Of a stretch of 32,000 nt of DNA, positions 30,062 to 32,000 are shown one piece after another. The stretch's first letter is position 1, and each line of letters starts with the position of its first letter. The DNA is from Nitrosococcus oceani ATCC 19707. GTDB lineage: Bacteria > Pseudomonadota > Gammaproteobacteria > Nitrosococcales > Nitrosococcaceae. The notes under the pieces were generated by a model. The model saw nothing but the letters and a program-made list of their open reading frames with translations, was not told the DNA's origin and made no database searches. The stretch is taken from contig NC_007484.1 of assembly GCF_000012805.1 (NCBI RefSeq), positions 3,000,001-3,032,000 on the forward strand, given 5' to 3'. The translations under genes and the position numbers were made by a program.

Positions 30062-30458
30062 CCAACCAGAAATCAATCTAACTCCGCTGATTGATGTGGT
30101 GTTCTTACTCCTTATTTTCTTTATGGTCTCGACTAGCTTTACCCGCGAATCGGCGCTAAAAGTAGATTTACCCGAGGCAACAACTCACTCTACCGAGCAG
30201 CAGGGTGCTCCTCTCCAGGTAGAAATCGATAAGGAGGATAAAATCGCCATTAATGGTAAACGCCTCATCAATAACCAGCCCGCCACACTCATGGCAGCAA
30301 TGAAAGCAGCGGCGGGGAATCGTAAGCAACCCCAAATTATTATTAGTGCTGATGCCAAAACCGACTACCAATCCATTGTCACCGCCATGGATGTAGCGCA
30401 ACAACTCGGCTTTAAACGCCTAAGCCTAGCCACTGCTCGACAGCAAAACAATCCCTGA
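30036..30458 (+). CDS. exbD: ExbD/TolR-family biopolymer transport protein
   Basis: 140 aa. The 'EINLTPLIDVVFLLLIFFMVSTSF' TM segment carries the conserved Asp, and a periplasmic domain follows. The ATG overlaps the exbB 3' end by 26 nt. Confidence 0.85.
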   Translation: MNIHPARYNQPEINLTPLIDVVFLLLIFFMVSTSFTRESALKVDLPEATTHSTEQQGAPLQVEIDKEDKIAINGKRLINNQPATLMAAMKAAAGNRKQPQIIISADAKTDYQSIVTAMDVAQQLGFKRLSLATARQQNNP

Positions 30459-30472
30459 TTTTTTCCATACCG

Positions 30473-32000
30473 ATGACGTTTACTCCTTCCCTGAACTCCG
30501 GGCTTGCGGTTTATCGCCGCCTACTTAGCTACACTCGACCTTACCGCTGGATCTTCGCTGCCTCAATTATCACAATGGCCATTTATGCAGCGACTGAAAC
30601 GGGCCTAGCAGCCCTCATGAAACCCTTGATGGACGGAAGCTTCATTGAGCGTGATCCGGCTACCATCCAGATTATCCCCCTCCTATTAATTGGGCTCTTT
30701 GTGATCCGGGGCGGCGCCAACTTTATCACTCAATATGGCCTAAAATGGGTGGCTCGCCGTGTTGTGAGGGACTTGCGGGAACAGATGTTTTGCCACCTCC
30801 TTGCCCTCCCGGCGCGCTACTATGATCAAAAAGCTTCCGGTCAGCTACTCGCCAAGCTTATTTATGATGTGGAACAGGTTTCCAATGCAGCCACAGACGC
30901 CATCCTCACTATCATCCGCGACTCCCTGACCATCCTGGGGCTACTTGCCTGGATGGCCTATTTAAATGGTTTGCTCACCCTTATCATTTTAGTCACGGCG
31001 CCTCTGATTGCCCTTATCATTTGGTGGGTTAGCCACCGATTCCGCCGTATTAGCCGTAAGATTCAAAACTCCATGGGCGATGTCAGCCAGGTGGCCCAGG
31101 AAACCATTGAAGGTCATCGGGAAGTCAAGATATTTGGTGGGCAAACCTACGAAGCGGAACGTTTCGACCAGGTCAATGAGCAAAACCGCCGGCAAACCAT
31201 GAAAATGGCGGCCACCGACGCCATCAGTCAGCCCGTCGTTCAGCTTATCGCCGTGCTAGGGTTAGCCGGTGTCATTCACCTAGCTACCCGCGAATCCATG
31301 CTAGCTCAAATTAGCGTGGGTACCTTTATTTCCTTTATCACCGCCATGATGTTGCTACTTGGCCCTGTTAAGCGCCTTACTAAAATCAACGGGACTTTAC
31401 AGCGGGGCATTGCCGCGGCTCAAAGCATCTTTGGCCTATTGGCAGAAACACCCGAAGCGGATCGTGGGCAGCAATCTCTGAGACGCGCCCGGGGCGCAAT
31501 CCGCTTTGAACACTTATCTTTTTGCTATGAACCTGCCAAAGGTCCAGTGCTTGAAAACATTGATCTGGAAATCAAACCGTACCAAACCATTGCCCTAGTA
31601 GGCCATTCAGGCAGCGGCAAATCCACTTTAGTGAGCTTACTCGCCCGTTTCTACGAAACTACTTCTGGGCGTATCCTCATCGATGAAATGGATATCCAAA
31701 CACTCCGCCTTACTGAACTACGCCGGCAAATCGCCCTAGTCAGCCAGCAAATCATCTTATTCAATGACACCATCGCCCATAACATTGCCTATGGCAGCTA
31801 CCAACAAACCAGCAAACAAGACATCATCCGCGCCGCCGAAGCCGCCCATGCCATGGAATTTATTAATCGCTTGCCCGACGGTTTGGACACGGTTATTGGC
31901 GAAAAGGGGGTTTTGCTCTCCGGCGGCCAGCGGCAACGTCTCGCGATTGCCAGGGCCCTGCTCAAGGATGCTCCCATCCTCATTTTAGACGAAGCCACCG
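30473..32000 (+). CDS. msbA: Lipid A export ATP-binding/permease MsbA, 5' part; the gene runs off the right edge
   Basis: This ORF is missing from the ORF track because it has no stop in the window. I translated it by hand from the ATG at 30473: 'MTFTPSLNSGLAVYRRLLSYTRPYRWIF...'. It is open to the window end. It has a six-TM ABC exporter domain, then Walker A 'GHSGSGKST', signature 'LSGGQRQR' and Walker B 'ILILDEAT'. Confidence 0.92.
   Translation, partial: MTFTPSLNSGLAVYRRLLSYTRPYRWIFAASIITMAIYAATETGLAALMKPLMDGSFIERDPATIQIIPLLLIGLFVIRGGANFITQYGLKWVARRVVRDLREQMFCHLLALPARYYDQKASGQLLAKLIYDVEQVSNAATDAILTIIRDSLTILGLLAWMAYLNGLLTLIILVTAPLIALIIWWVSHRFRRISRKIQNSMGDVSQVAQETIEGHREVKIFGGQTYEAERFDQVNEQNRRQTMKMAATDAISQPVVQLIAVLGLAGVIHLATRESMLAQISVGTFISFITAMMLLLGPVKRLTKINGTLQRGIAAAQSIFGLLAETPEADRGQQSLRRARGAIRFEHLSFCYEPAKGPVLENIDLEIKPYQTIALVGHSGSGKSTLVSLLARFYETTSGRILIDEMDIQTLRLTELRRQIALVSQQIILFNDTIAHNIAYGSYQQTSKQDIIRAAEAAHAMEFINRLPDGLDTVIGEKGVLLSGGQRQRLAIARALLKDAPILILDEAT

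Overview
This window looks like ordinary core chromosome from a roughly 50% GC gammaproteobacterium. The taxonomic placement rests on synteny and protein motifs only, because no database search was possible. It holds about 31 tightly packed genes, almost all of them recognisable housekeeping genes. On the + strand, the left end carries the tail of a GldG-like ABC-transporter accessory gene, a DUF4340 gene, mutM and a small membrane ORF. An 18.5 kb co-directional block on the - strand then runs ilvA | leuS-lptE-holA | proA-nadD-rsfS-rlmH | maf-rng-yhdP-nitrilase-family hydrolase | ThiI-like PP-loop ATPase-TusA-like-glnA. The right end carries rpiA, a PilZ gene, lolC/E-lolD, a DUF2062 gene, comEC, exbB-exbD and the 5' part of msbA. 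I found no rRNA, tRNA, CRISPR array, transposase, integrase, phage gene or recognisable defence system, and I see no convincing evidence for a novel multi-gene system. The points most worth a second look are these: (i) a THUMP-less, rhodanese-less ThiI-like PP-loop ATPase paired with a TusA-like sulfur carrier directly upstream of glnA; (ii) an AT-rich 1.1 kb patch (3431-4500) with only ORF debris and one orphan secreted protein; (iii) an orphan ExbB-ExbD pair with no TonB, wedged between comEC and msbA; (iv) a single LolC/E-type permease; (v) a junction fusing two normally separate conserved gene blocks (rlmH|maf). All product calls come from motifs read in the supplied translations. Several starts were re-picked relative to the ORF track.
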